A stretch of 24,965 bases of DNA, taken from IMG/VR virus record IMGVR_UViG_3300027769_000122, positions 1-24,965 of that record. One strand, given 5' to 3'. This document shows, one piece after another, positions 8,913 to 19,131 of the stretch; position 1 is the stretch's first letter, and each line of letters opens with the position of its first letter. Both the position numbers and the translations under genes were made by a program. The stretch is from a virus. Lineage: Duplodnaviria > Caudoviricetes. Below the pieces are notes generated by a model. It did no database searches. It saw only the letters and a program-made list of their open reading frames with translations, and had not been told where the DNA came from.

Positions 8913-8924
8913 TTTTATAAATCC

Positions 8925-10595
8925 TCATGAACCCTGACATTTTATAGAATATTTACCATACGTACCATTTGGTGCGTGTCCGATCACGTCAAAACCTGTT
9001 CCACCCACTATATTATTTATTTCAAAAGATACCTGTTCAAGTATGGCATCTTCGGCAGTATGATCTGCTGTAGTCAATCCCAAAACCTTGCAATCTACAA
9101 ATGTATCAGGTGTTATCCAAGTTATTCCCGTTATTGTTTTTATTGTATAAGTTTCCTGTTGGTGAAACAGTGTTTGACTTTGAATATTTGTCCAAAAATC
9201 TCCAGCCGTTGCAGTTGTTATATAAACAGTATTGATTGTTTCAGCTATAATTGCTTCTGCGGTAGTACCAATTCCACCTGTAAATGGTGGTTTTATTATA
9301 AGTCTGGCAGACCAACCATTTGTATCATCATAAAAAGACTGAATGCTTTCTAAAACACAACTGTATCCTACTGCAGATCCAGTATCAAAAACTACAGTGA
9401 CTGGTGGATTGTTTTCAATGTTTCGCAAAATTGTACCGAAATCAACACCAACTCCATAAATTACAAGTTCAATTTGGTTTACCAATTCAGAAAAATCTAT
9501 AGTCTGTGTTGTTGAATATATTGAACTTCCACCGCCACCGGAAGAAGTTGAAGCGATGGTAAATGTATTGCCAGATACACTTAAAGTTATTCCAGTCCCA
9601 GCAGCAAGATTTACTGAACCTGTCAGACCATTGAAAGTAGAAACATATTGAGTTAATCCACTACCGCTTGGAGTTGCCCATGTGATTCCGCTTCCAGTAG
9701 ATGTCAAAACTTGATTGTTAGAACCTTGTGAAGAATTTATCAGTAAAGTATTTGTAAAATTTACAGGTCCAGTAAATGTTGCACCAGAAGCACTTAATCC
9801 AGCATTAAATCTTACAAGACCGCTAAAAGTACCACCAGCAGAACTTAAACCAACATTGAAGGTAGTAAGAGCATCAAATGTCTTTGTTCCTCCAAATGTT
9901 TGTGTTCCAGAAAGACCTGCGAGAATTGTTGTGATATTTGGTAGAGTTACTGTCTGACCTTGAGGATTAAAATCTAAAATAGATTGATTTAATCCATTTC
10001 TCCATATAATATCATTAGCAACCGGATCAATCGTAACGCCCGCGCTATTTAAAGTGTCATCAATGCCAAATACTGCTCCAGATGCAGAAATTGTTTGTGG
10101 GGCACTAAAATTATTATTAACATTTGTACGAGCAACATTCGAAATTGCACCAGTAGATCCATCAATACTCAATACTCCAGTATTCGAAACAGTCAGAGTG
10201 TTTCCAGAAACTGATAGGCTTATTCCAGAACCGTTGGTCAAACCAACAGTTCCAGTAAGCCCCCTAATACTACTCACACCTTGAACTGCACCAGTTAAGC
10301 CATTGAAACTAGATATACCCTGAACAGCACCTGTAAGACCATTGAAAGAAACTACATAGGGCCCAGATATTCCCCCACCACTGGCAGATGAAGAAATTGT
10401 AATTGTATTTCCTGCAGAAGTTAACGTAATACCACTTCCAGCAGAAAGACCTACTGTACCAGTAAGTCCATTTAGGGTATTTACAACAGGTGTGGTGCTA
10501 TATACATCCCACGCAGTTCCGTTCCACTGCCAAGAACGACCACCAAAGGTGTAAATTTCGTTTAGTGATGGGGATGGAGGAAAATCTAATGGCAT
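8925..10595 (-). CDS. Tail-fibre-like protein with (S/T)FNGLTGAV repeats
   Basis: N-terminal FPPSP...YT..GRSWQWNGTAW motif; several NGLTG(A/T/S)V and AGSGITL repeats typical of phage fibres; late promoter 7 nt upstream. Confidence 0.7.
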   Translation of the reverse strand: MPLDFPPSPSLNEIYTFGGRSWQWNGTAWDVYSTTPVVNTLNGLTGTVGLSAGSGITLTSAGNTITISSSASGGGISGPYVVSFNGLTGAVQGISSFNGLTGAVQGVSSIRGLTGTVGLTNGSGISLSVSGNTLTVSNTGVLSIDGSTGAISNVARTNVNNNFSAPQTISASGAVFGIDDTLNSAGVTIDPVANDIIWRNGLNQSILDFNPQGQTVTLPNITTILAGLSGTQTFGGTKTFDALTTFNVGLSSAGGTFSGLVRFNAGLSASGATFTGPVNFTNTLLINSSQGSNNQVLTSTGSGITWATPSGSGLTQYVSTFNGLTGSVNLAAGTGITLSVSGNTFTIASTSSGGGGSSIYSTTQTIDFSELVNQIELVIYGVGVDFGTILRNIENNPPVTVVFDTGSAVGYSCVLESIQSFYDDTNGWSARLIIKPPFTGGIGTTAEAIIAETINTVYITTATAGDFWTNIQSQTLFHQQETYTIKTITGITWITPDTFVDCKVLGLTTADHTAEDAILEQVSFEINNIVGGTGFDVIGHAPNGTYGKYSIKCQGS

Positions 10596-10602
10596 GTCTT
10601 AA

Positions 10603-10610
10603 TATTTATA
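10603..10610 (-). promoter_or_regulatory. T4-type late promoter TATAAATA
   Basis: Exact consensus overlapping the upstream stop; 7 nt to ATG 10595. Confidence 0.8.
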
Positions 10611-11841
10611 CGATTTCAAACCATGAAAGATCTGTATAACCTTGTGTGTTATTTGTCGTAGGAACCAGTACGAGAACAAATGTATCGCTTACTCCCAGTT
10701 GAGTTCTTCCTATTTGAAAATTGAAATCATTTATGGTAGATACATCCAAGGTTCCGCTGCTGCTTATATATCCACCTATAATATCAGTTCCGCCAGTAAC
10801 TCCCGTAGCCGTAACATTATATTGAACATTTCCATTGAAATGTGTTTCCCACGTGTTTCCCGTTAAAGTTGGATTTAATAAAATTCTATATTGCACTACT
10901 AATGGTTTGTTATTTGTTCCCGGCTCTATTGCCACACTAATATTTGACGGTACAATAATACTATCCAATCTATCGGGGGCCATTCGTATTGCAATCAGTG
11001 GATATTGAGTTCCTGCTGTTGTTAAAGTATGGGGTGTGGTTCCACTGTGGGTTACGTTGTATCTTCTGCTGAATCCTTCATATCCACCTTCAGACAATAT
11101 TGTTGAGCAAATTTGCCTCATTGTACTGCTTGTTGCTTGGCTAGAAGTATTTTCAATTTCATATCTCAAAGGCAAACATGCGGTTGTCATGTAAGTTGTT
11201 GAATTTTTATTCGTATTGTAGAATGTATGTGCTACGACTGGTTTTCCATCTATATAAAATCCAGTTCGAACATCACCCACACCCAACCATTCAACATCCA
11301 GCCAAAAAAGATTTCCCTTTGTTACATCTATTGTAACACCAGAATCACCAGTTCCATCAAATTTATCACCATTCCAATTTGACTGTGTTATTGTTTGTGT
11401 AGTTCCGAGTGAAGCAGATGCCAAACAAATTGATAATGTCAACCCATCTTGCTGTAAGTATACACCGTTGTATGGTGTTCCTGATGTGACTCCACCTGTT
11501 ATACCAAAATATCCAACCCTTTGGCGCAATCCACTTTTTGGTTGAGCCATTGCAAATGAGTCAACAATAGTTAAAGATTTTCCCGGTTGGTACGGAAACA
11601 CTCTTTTTGTTTCGACGTACATCTTAGAACCATTTGTTAGACCTGCTGTTAGAGATACCGTGCTTTCTGTTGGATTAAAAGAATAGGTACCACCACTGAG
11701 TCCAACATAATCCCATTTATCACTAAGTGTATATCTTTGCTGACTATCGAATAAAGTAAATGGATTGCTAACTTTTAGTCGATTAAACGCATCAACCACA
11801 TTTCCCTTGAAACCTACTAAATCATTGTATAAGTATGTCAT
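10606..11841 (-). CDS. Virion structural protein, lectin-like fold (DAFxRL family)
   Basis: DAFNRLKVSNPFTLFDS, TKRVFPYQPGKS, WLGVGDVR and MTTACLPLRYEIEN motifs recalled from T4-like phage structural proteins. Start moved from 11856 to ATG 11841 (TAATG coupling). Confidence 0.65.
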   Translation of the reverse strand: MTYLYNDLVGFKGNVVDAFNRLKVSNPFTLFDSQQRYTLSDKWDYVGLSGGTYSFNPTESTVSLTAGLTNGSKMYVETKRVFPYQPGKSLTIVDSFAMAQPKSGLRQRVGYFGITGGVTSGTPYNGVYLQQDGLTLSICLASASLGTTQTITQSNWNGDKFDGTGDSGVTIDVTKGNLFWLDVEWLGVGDVRTGFYIDGKPVVAHTFYNTNKNSTTYMTTACLPLRYEIENTSSQATSSTMRQICSTILSEGGYEGFSRRYNVTHSGTTPHTLTTAGTQYPLIAIRMAPDRLDSIIVPSNISVAIEPGTNNKPLVVQYRILLNPTLTGNTWETHFNGNVQYNVTATGVTGGTDIIGGYISSSGTLDVSTINDFNFQIGRTQLGVSDTFVLVLVPTTNNTQGYTDLSWFEIV

Positions 11842-13694
11842 TATATTATTCTCCATCCATTTCTGTAAATGAAATGTAACCCGGCATTGTCTAGATTAAT
11901 TATTGCTGAACTTTGATTATCAATTGTGTGTGATGCAGTAGCACCCACAATAGTTATTCGTCTTGATGTGCCACCACCTGCATTTCCAGATTCATCCTTT
12001 ACCACAATTTCTCTTCCTGTTTCTGGGTTGGTTGGAAGAGTTATTGTAACGGGGCCCGCGTAACTTACTCCGATATAATAATCGGAAGAAAGAGCTGCGT
12101 ATGTTGCACCAGTGACACCGGTAGTTGCAAGAATAGAAATACTTGATCCAGCACCACCTCCGCTATTTGATGGTTGTATCCATTGAGTGGTACCGTTTAA
12201 ATCTATTATATAAACATATTCAATTCCACTGTCAGAATCCATCCACCTACTGCCAAGTGTTATTCCAGAATTTACAGGAGCATTTTCTTGATAATAAAAA
12301 TCTATTACACCAGTTGAACCTTTGGCTCCAGTAGGACCAGTTGGACCTGTGGGACCAGTTGGACCTGTAGGACCAGTGGGACCTGTTAGTCCTAGATCCG
12401 CTCCACAAGATCCTGCAATTGAAATATCAACATTTTTTCTTCTTCTGGTGATTGTAATATTATCACCAATAAAATTCATCGTATTGACAGAACGAATTAT
12501 CTTATCACCATTCAAAGAAATATCAACTGCGCCACCCCCTGCTGGCGTTGTCATCTGTCCGATGCGATCTATAGCCTTTTGAATATCGTCGTTTTTAAAC
12601 TTGTCCAATATTCCTGAAACATGTTCAGAATTAAAAGACAATATTCCATCTTGTAAGATTAATGGGAACTCTGCTTCAATTACAGGGCTTGTTCCGGCTG
12701 GACCTTGTTCTCCGGGATCTCCTTTTTCCCCTCTTGGTCCAATAGGACCTTGAGGGCCCACAGGTCCTCTATCACCTTTATCTCCCTTTTCTCCACCCGG
12801 ACCTTCGGGGCCAACAGGACCTTGAAGTCCAACCTCACCCGCAATTCCGTCTTTACCGGGTATGCCCTGCTGACCTTGCGGACCTTGAGGACCCATAGGA
12901 CCAATAGGACCAACTTCTCCTTGATCGCCTTTATCACCCTTTTCTCCCCTGTCTCCTTTATCGCCCTTTGGTCCGATTACTCCCGGATCACCTTTAGGTC
13001 CAACTTGACCTTTTTCTCCTTGGGGTCCTGCTGGGCCAATATCTCCCTGTTGACCCGGCTTTCCATCATTTCCTTGAGGACCCATGGGTCCTTGTGGTCC
13101 TGCTGGCCCCATTGGACCAATCTGACCACGCTCACCTTGAAGTCCCTGCGATCCAGCTTGAGGAATTATTTCCTTTACAATTGTTTTTTCTATTAATTGA
13201 ACTACTGGTTTTTCTATTACTTTTGGTAATTGTTCTTTTGGTTTTTCTACTTGTATTTGTTCTTCAAGTAAATTTTTTATTTGAGTAGAATTACCAACAA
13301 ATTTTATTACTTTATTAGAATTTTTTTCAATAAAATATCTCTCGGTTATTCCGTTTCCAAGATATATTTTTTCATCACATGAAAGAGACGTTGTTTCTTT
13401 TAGTAAGCTATTCTGTAATAGAGAACCAATAGGTCTTTTTAATTTAAATATAGACCCTTGAACATTTTCAAACATCATAACAGGTTGAAAATATTCTTTT
13501 ATCTTTGCTGCATTTCCTTCAACAAGATAAGTTTCACCATACTCATCACGTAAATAAAAAGAACTTATTCCCGATCCAATTTAATATTTTTTGGATTTGA
13601 TGCTTGATTCAATTATATGGTAAACAGCACCCATCAGCAGATTTGGATGCTGCTTTACAAGTTTAAGAGTGTTTTTGTTCTTTCCGAAGAACAT
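11841..13694 (-). CDS. Collagen-like fibre protein; full frame from ATG 13694 interrupted by an in-frame TAA at 13581-13583 (ORF track starts at 13478)
   Basis: 52 uninterrupted Gly-X-Y triplets, a (GPT)6 block and a C-terminal VTITLP..PETG..IVVKDESG..TIDNQ fibre domain. ATG 13694 is in frame with 13478 (216 nt apart) and lies 6 nt after a late promoter. Confidence 0.75.
12330..12383 (-). repeat. Degenerate 9-bp tandem repeat encoding (Gly-Pro-Thr)6
   Basis: Six GGT CCN ACN units on the minus strand. Confidence 0.9.
12687..13154 (-). repeat. Collagen Gly-X-Y repeat, 52 triplets (GPQ/GEK/GDK type)
   Basis: Counted from GSQ to GTS in the translation (468 nt). Confidence 0.9.
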
Positions 13695-13700
13695 TTTAAG

Positions 13701-13707
13701 TATTTAT
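13701..13707 (-). promoter_or_regulatory. Late promoter gATAAATA
   Basis: TGATAAATActtaaaATG; overlaps the upstream TGA. Confidence 0.7.
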
Positions 13708-15386
13708 CATGAACCTAGGTACCACGATCCTGTTAGTGTTTGTATAGCATTTTTTGATACCGCTGCGAATTCCGATGTTGCTAAAAAGCTATCTCCGCAC
13801 ATACAGTAGTCTGTCTGTGGTGATAAACATGGGAAAAATGGACATGGCCCGCACTCTGGACGAATAAAATTACCATCACAATCTATCATACCGGGCGTGG
13901 CTGGTGATGCAAATGCCCACACGTTTTCCAACCAGTAATCATCTGATGGGCAAGGACCAGATGGGCCCACTAATGGCCCACCCGGACCGATACCAATATT
14001 ATCACATGAAATTCCAGTTTCTGGCTCAAAACCAACATAAAAACATTGAAGATAGTCTAAATCAAATGCTCTTAAGGTAAATCCTAATGTTGGCACGCCG
14101 TAAAAGCTGGTTTGTGTAGATGAACCGACCGTTCGGCTCCACCCACTAGATTCTTTTAATTCGATCCAAGAATCAAATTCACCTCTATAATATAATCCTC
14201 TATTTGTGTCATTTGGTGTAAACCCAGAAACATGTTTTGGATATCTTGGTTCGGTCAAATAAGTTAAAAATCCAGTTTCATCATTAGTATATGAAAATGT
14301 ACCAACAACATCTGAAAAATTATTTGAAAAATATGTTGCACCGCTATTTGTAAAAAATCCACAAGCATAAGTTGATGGCGGTGAAACAGTTCCTCTAAAA
14401 GCTAGTGGAATACTTATTGAAGTTCCATTTATCCCTCTCTGCACCGGGAAAGAAGACCAGTTTGGTAAATCTGTTGTTGCTGCTATTGTGGTAACACCGG
14501 ATAAAGCCAAAGAACTATTTAAAACAACTGAACTGAACCATGTAGCATTTGTGGCTATACTGTTTGCCACTTCTGTTAAACTACCAGAAAGCAGCCCTGT
14601 AGAATTACCATCCGAGGAGATAAAGTTTATTCCAGATATACCAACTATAGCTTGCCACGATCTTGAATTATTCGAAGGGTTATCAGCTAAATTTACAACA
14701 AAAGCATTAGTTGTATTATTTGTTTTGCCGACATATTTTAATTTTAATGTTCCGTATTCAGAAGAGTTAAAAGAAGGTGATCTGCTTACATATGATCCTG
14801 CAGTAACACTTGGAAATGTTTTTTCTGGACAGTCAAAGCCAGTTTGACAACAGCAATCCGGTTCTTCATATGTGTCAAAAGATATACTCGGAACATTATT
14901 TGTTGCTGTTGGTCCTGAAGTTGTAAATGTGTATACATTTCTTGTTATTGGAATGCCAGCAGTTATCAGTAAAGTATTTGTACCTGTACGTACAACCCCT
15001 CCTGTTGTAGTTTCAGTACTTTCACCAACAAGATTCCAACTTAAAGAAAATTTTGTATAACTGTCTACATTTAGACGAATTAATTCATCTTCGTATACTG
15101 GAGGAAATGAAGGACTCCAATTTAAATAATCCGGATCAATTTTTAAACAATTGACGGCTGCTAATGTAAAAATAGATGGTTCATTTCTGCAAGTCCATCC
15201 AGAAGTCAAAGTCTGTGAGTTATACATCGGATCGACGGTATTTGACGATTGATTTATATTATCATAACTTAAACCTGTGTATGCAGTGAATCCCTTGTAA
15301 AGAGTATCAAAAGCCAATGGAAGAGCTGGCAACGAAGAGTCACACAAGGTACAACCGCACGCTGTCAGTATTCCACCAAGCATCAT
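13707..15386 (-). CDS. Cysteine-rich hypothetical virion protein
   Basis: ACGCTLC at the N-terminus, DCCCQTGFDC internally and a Cys/Pro/acidic C-terminal cluster. Start moved from 15431 to ATG 15386, 2 nt after the upstream TAA. Confidence 0.6.
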   Translation of the reverse strand: MMLGGILTACGCTLCDSSLPALPLAFDTLYKGFTAYTGLSYDNINQSSNTVDPMYNSQTLTSGWTCRNEPSIFTLAAVNCLKIDPDYLNWSPSFPPVYEDELIRLNVDSYTKFSLSWNLVGESTETTTGGVVRTGTNTLLITAGIPITRNVYTFTTSGPTATNNVPSISFDTYEEPDCCCQTGFDCPEKTFPSVTAGSYVSRSPSFNSSEYGTLKLKYVGKTNNTTNAFVVNLADNPSNNSRSWQAIVGISGINFISSDGNSTGLLSGSLTEVANSIATNATWFSSVVLNSSLALSGVTTIAATTDLPNWSSFPVQRGINGTSISIPLAFRGTVSPPSTYACGFFTNSGATYFSNNFSDVVGTFSYTNDETGFLTYLTEPRYPKHVSGFTPNDTNRGLYYRGEFDSWIELKESSGWSRTVGSSTQTSFYGVPTLGFTLRAFDLDYLQCFYVGFEPETGISCDNIGIGPGGPLVGPSGPCPSDDYWLENVWAFASPATPGMIDCDGNFIRPECGPCPFFPCLSPQTDYCMCGDSFLATSEFAAVSKNAIQTLTGSWYLGS

Positions 15387-15388
15387 AA

Positions 15389-17107
<1,719 letters not shown>

Positions 17108-17108
17108 T

Positions 17109-17115
17109 TATTTAT
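17109..17115 (-). promoter_or_regulatory. Late promoter gATAAATA
   Basis: GATAAATAattacaaATG; 7 nt to start 17101. Confidence 0.7.
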
Positions 17116-17121
17116 CTCATA

Positions 17122-19104
17122 TTATATACTTGTTGTTTCAAGATAAATTGATCCCAAAACGGCTCTAGAATCTAAATTTTGTCCTATAAATACATCTAAA
17201 GTTGTCCCTACAATTATATTATTTGCCGCTGTAATATCATAAATTTGAGGCGATGTTGTTCCCGGTATATATGCCGTTGCAGCTGTAATAGTTGGTCCTA
17301 TTTGGGCATAACTTCCCGATGTCAAACCACCAAAAACTTTTATTTCTCTTCCAGACCAGTTGCTGCTGCCACCAACAACTCCATTGATTACTACTTTTAA
17401 TTTATCAATTGCTACATTTTGTCCATATGTTGGAAAACTATATGTAGTTCCGGGCGAGGTTCCTGTTATCAAAAATCCAGATGAATTGTTTATTGAATTA
17501 TAGTTCTTATCCATACCACCAAATACACCACCTGAAAGAGTATATGTAGCACCATATAATTCATGACTGCCCTTCAAACAAATATTTTGAATATTTTTAC
17601 AATTTTGATATATTATAGGTGGAACAACAGAAAACTGAGCAATACCACCAGTCACTGTGAGTATATCTTGTGGTCTTGGAGCGCGTGCACAGTTTTTTAT
17701 TACGACTCCCCAGTTGTTTGCTCCACCTTTTCCTGAGACTGGTTTTCTTTTAATTTTTGGTGTATCCAAACCATCTGTTGTACCCCATTCACCACCGTCT
17801 ATTTCTATAAAGAAATTGTTTCCATTACTTATATCTATTTGATATACGTTTGGATCTGGATTCCCACCCTGTATTCCACAATTTATTAATTTTATATAAG
17901 CACTACCAGTTAAGCCTAGTATCTTACTAGTTCCATTGGTTTTTGGTTCATATTCCCATTTGCAATTTGTTAATATGTATTGAGATACTGCATCAAGACT
18001 TGGTAATGCAACACCTGTCCATGGATTTACCAAATTGCTTCCGGCACCGCCATTGTCAATGGCTAAAAACGTTCCGGGCATTATTATTGTTGCAGTATCT
18101 ATATGGGTATACTCAAATCCATATATATCAAGTGCTTTGTCCCAAATTTCAAAAAATTGACATTCTTTGAAATGATTGCTCAGTGCTTGTGAACTTCTTG
18201 CCCATATTACAGTATTTGCTTCTCTAAAATCGCAACAATCAAATGTATTTGTATCATCATTTGCATTGTTTGTAGAAAACAGTACAACTTTATCAAAACC
18301 ATAGGTGGTAACATTTTTCATTTGAAAACCTTTTCCACCACCAACACCATTTAACCATACCGCATTTCTTTTCATTGTGGGGCCAGTTAAACCTAAACCA
18401 GAAAATCCAATATTTTCAAATCTTAAAAATTGGTGAATATTTGAATAAAACATAGAACCTAAAGTCGTATTTCCGGTTTCCAGTAAACTACAATACTGTC
18501 CATCTCCAACAATACTAAGATTAAAGCATGAGAGTAAATGTACAGAACAAGTTACTCCAGTAAATCCCGTTAATTCGTAACCAGAAGTCCATCCCTGAGC
18601 AGTTCCAACATAAAAATTTCTATCAAGTCTGTAATTTCCTCTAGGTACATATATTGTACCCGAACTTGCGGGAATATTTGGAGCGATAGATTTTACACCA
18701 ACAGGAACTGTAAATCTCAGATAATTATATGCATTTTGAAATGCCAGACTATCATCGGTAACACCATCGCCCACTGCACCGAAATCTTTAACATTTACAA
18801 AATTATCTAATTTTGAATTTATTGTTCTTTGAACAGATGGATATGTTGTAGCTGGTGTATTTCCGTATTGATATTTGTAGGTTGTAGAAAGTGTATACGT
18901 ATTTCCAGATATACCAATCGTTATACCAGATCCAGCAGAAAATCCAATAGTACTTGAAGAAACTGCACCCACGGTAACGCCACCGATAGTAGATCCATCA
19001 CCAACATACAATAATTTGGTATCGGTTGTATAAATTAATTCACCAGTCAAAAGTGCTGTTGATAATCTTTCGGCGTTGGTGCCTCGTCTTAGTTGAAATG
19101 GCAT
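17122..19104 (-). CDS. Tailspike/depolymerase: Mtd_N-like anchor plus pectate-lyase-3 beta-helix
   Basis: QLRRGT...GELIYTTDTKLLYVGDG; VQRTINSKLDNFVNVKDFGAVGDGVTDDSLAFQNA; GTIYVPRGNY; Asn/Cys-ladder beta-helix. Confidence 0.8.
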   Translation of the reverse strand: MPFQLRRGTNAERLSTALLTGELIYTTDTKLLYVGDGSTIGGVTVGAVSSSTIGFSAGSGITIGISGNTYTLSTTYKYQYGNTPATTYPSVQRTINSKLDNFVNVKDFGAVGDGVTDDSLAFQNAYNYLRFTVPVGVKSIAPNIPASSGTIYVPRGNYRLDRNFYVGTAQGWTSGYELTGFTGVTCSVHLLSCFNLSIVGDGQYCSLLETGNTTLGSMFYSNIHQFLRFENIGFSGLGLTGPTMKRNAVWLNGVGGGKGFQMKNVTTYGFDKVVLFSTNNANDDTNTFDCCDFREANTVIWARSSQALSNHFKECQFFEIWDKALDIYGFEYTHIDTATIIMPGTFLAIDNGGAGSNLVNPWTGVALPSLDAVSQYILTNCKWEYEPKTNGTSKILGLTGSAYIKLINCGIQGGNPDPNVYQIDISNGNNFFIEIDGGEWGTTDGLDTPKIKRKPVSGKGGANNWGVVIKNCARAPRPQDILTVTGGIAQFSVVPPIIYQNCKNIQNICLKGSHELYGATYTLSGGVFGGMDKNYNSINNSSGFLITGTSPGTTYSFPTYGQNVAIDKLKVVINGVVGGSSNWSGREIKVFGGLTSGSYAQIGPTITAATAYIPGTTSPQIYDITAANNIIVGTTLDVFIGQNLDSRAVLGSIYLETTSI

Positions 19105-19130
19105 ATTTTATCCCTTATACTAATATTTAT
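18974..19130 (-). repeat. 157-bp imperfect direct repeat, copy 1 (late promoter + RBS + first ~43 codons)
   Basis: Matches 21474..21630 at an offset of exactly 2500 bp, with identical blocks of 50 and 40 bp. Confidence 0.95.
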
Positions 19131-19131
19131 A
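19124..19131 (-). promoter_or_regulatory. T4-type late promoter TATAAATA
   Basis: Exact consensus overlapping the upstream TAA, then an AAGGG RBS and ATG 19104. Confidence 0.8.
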
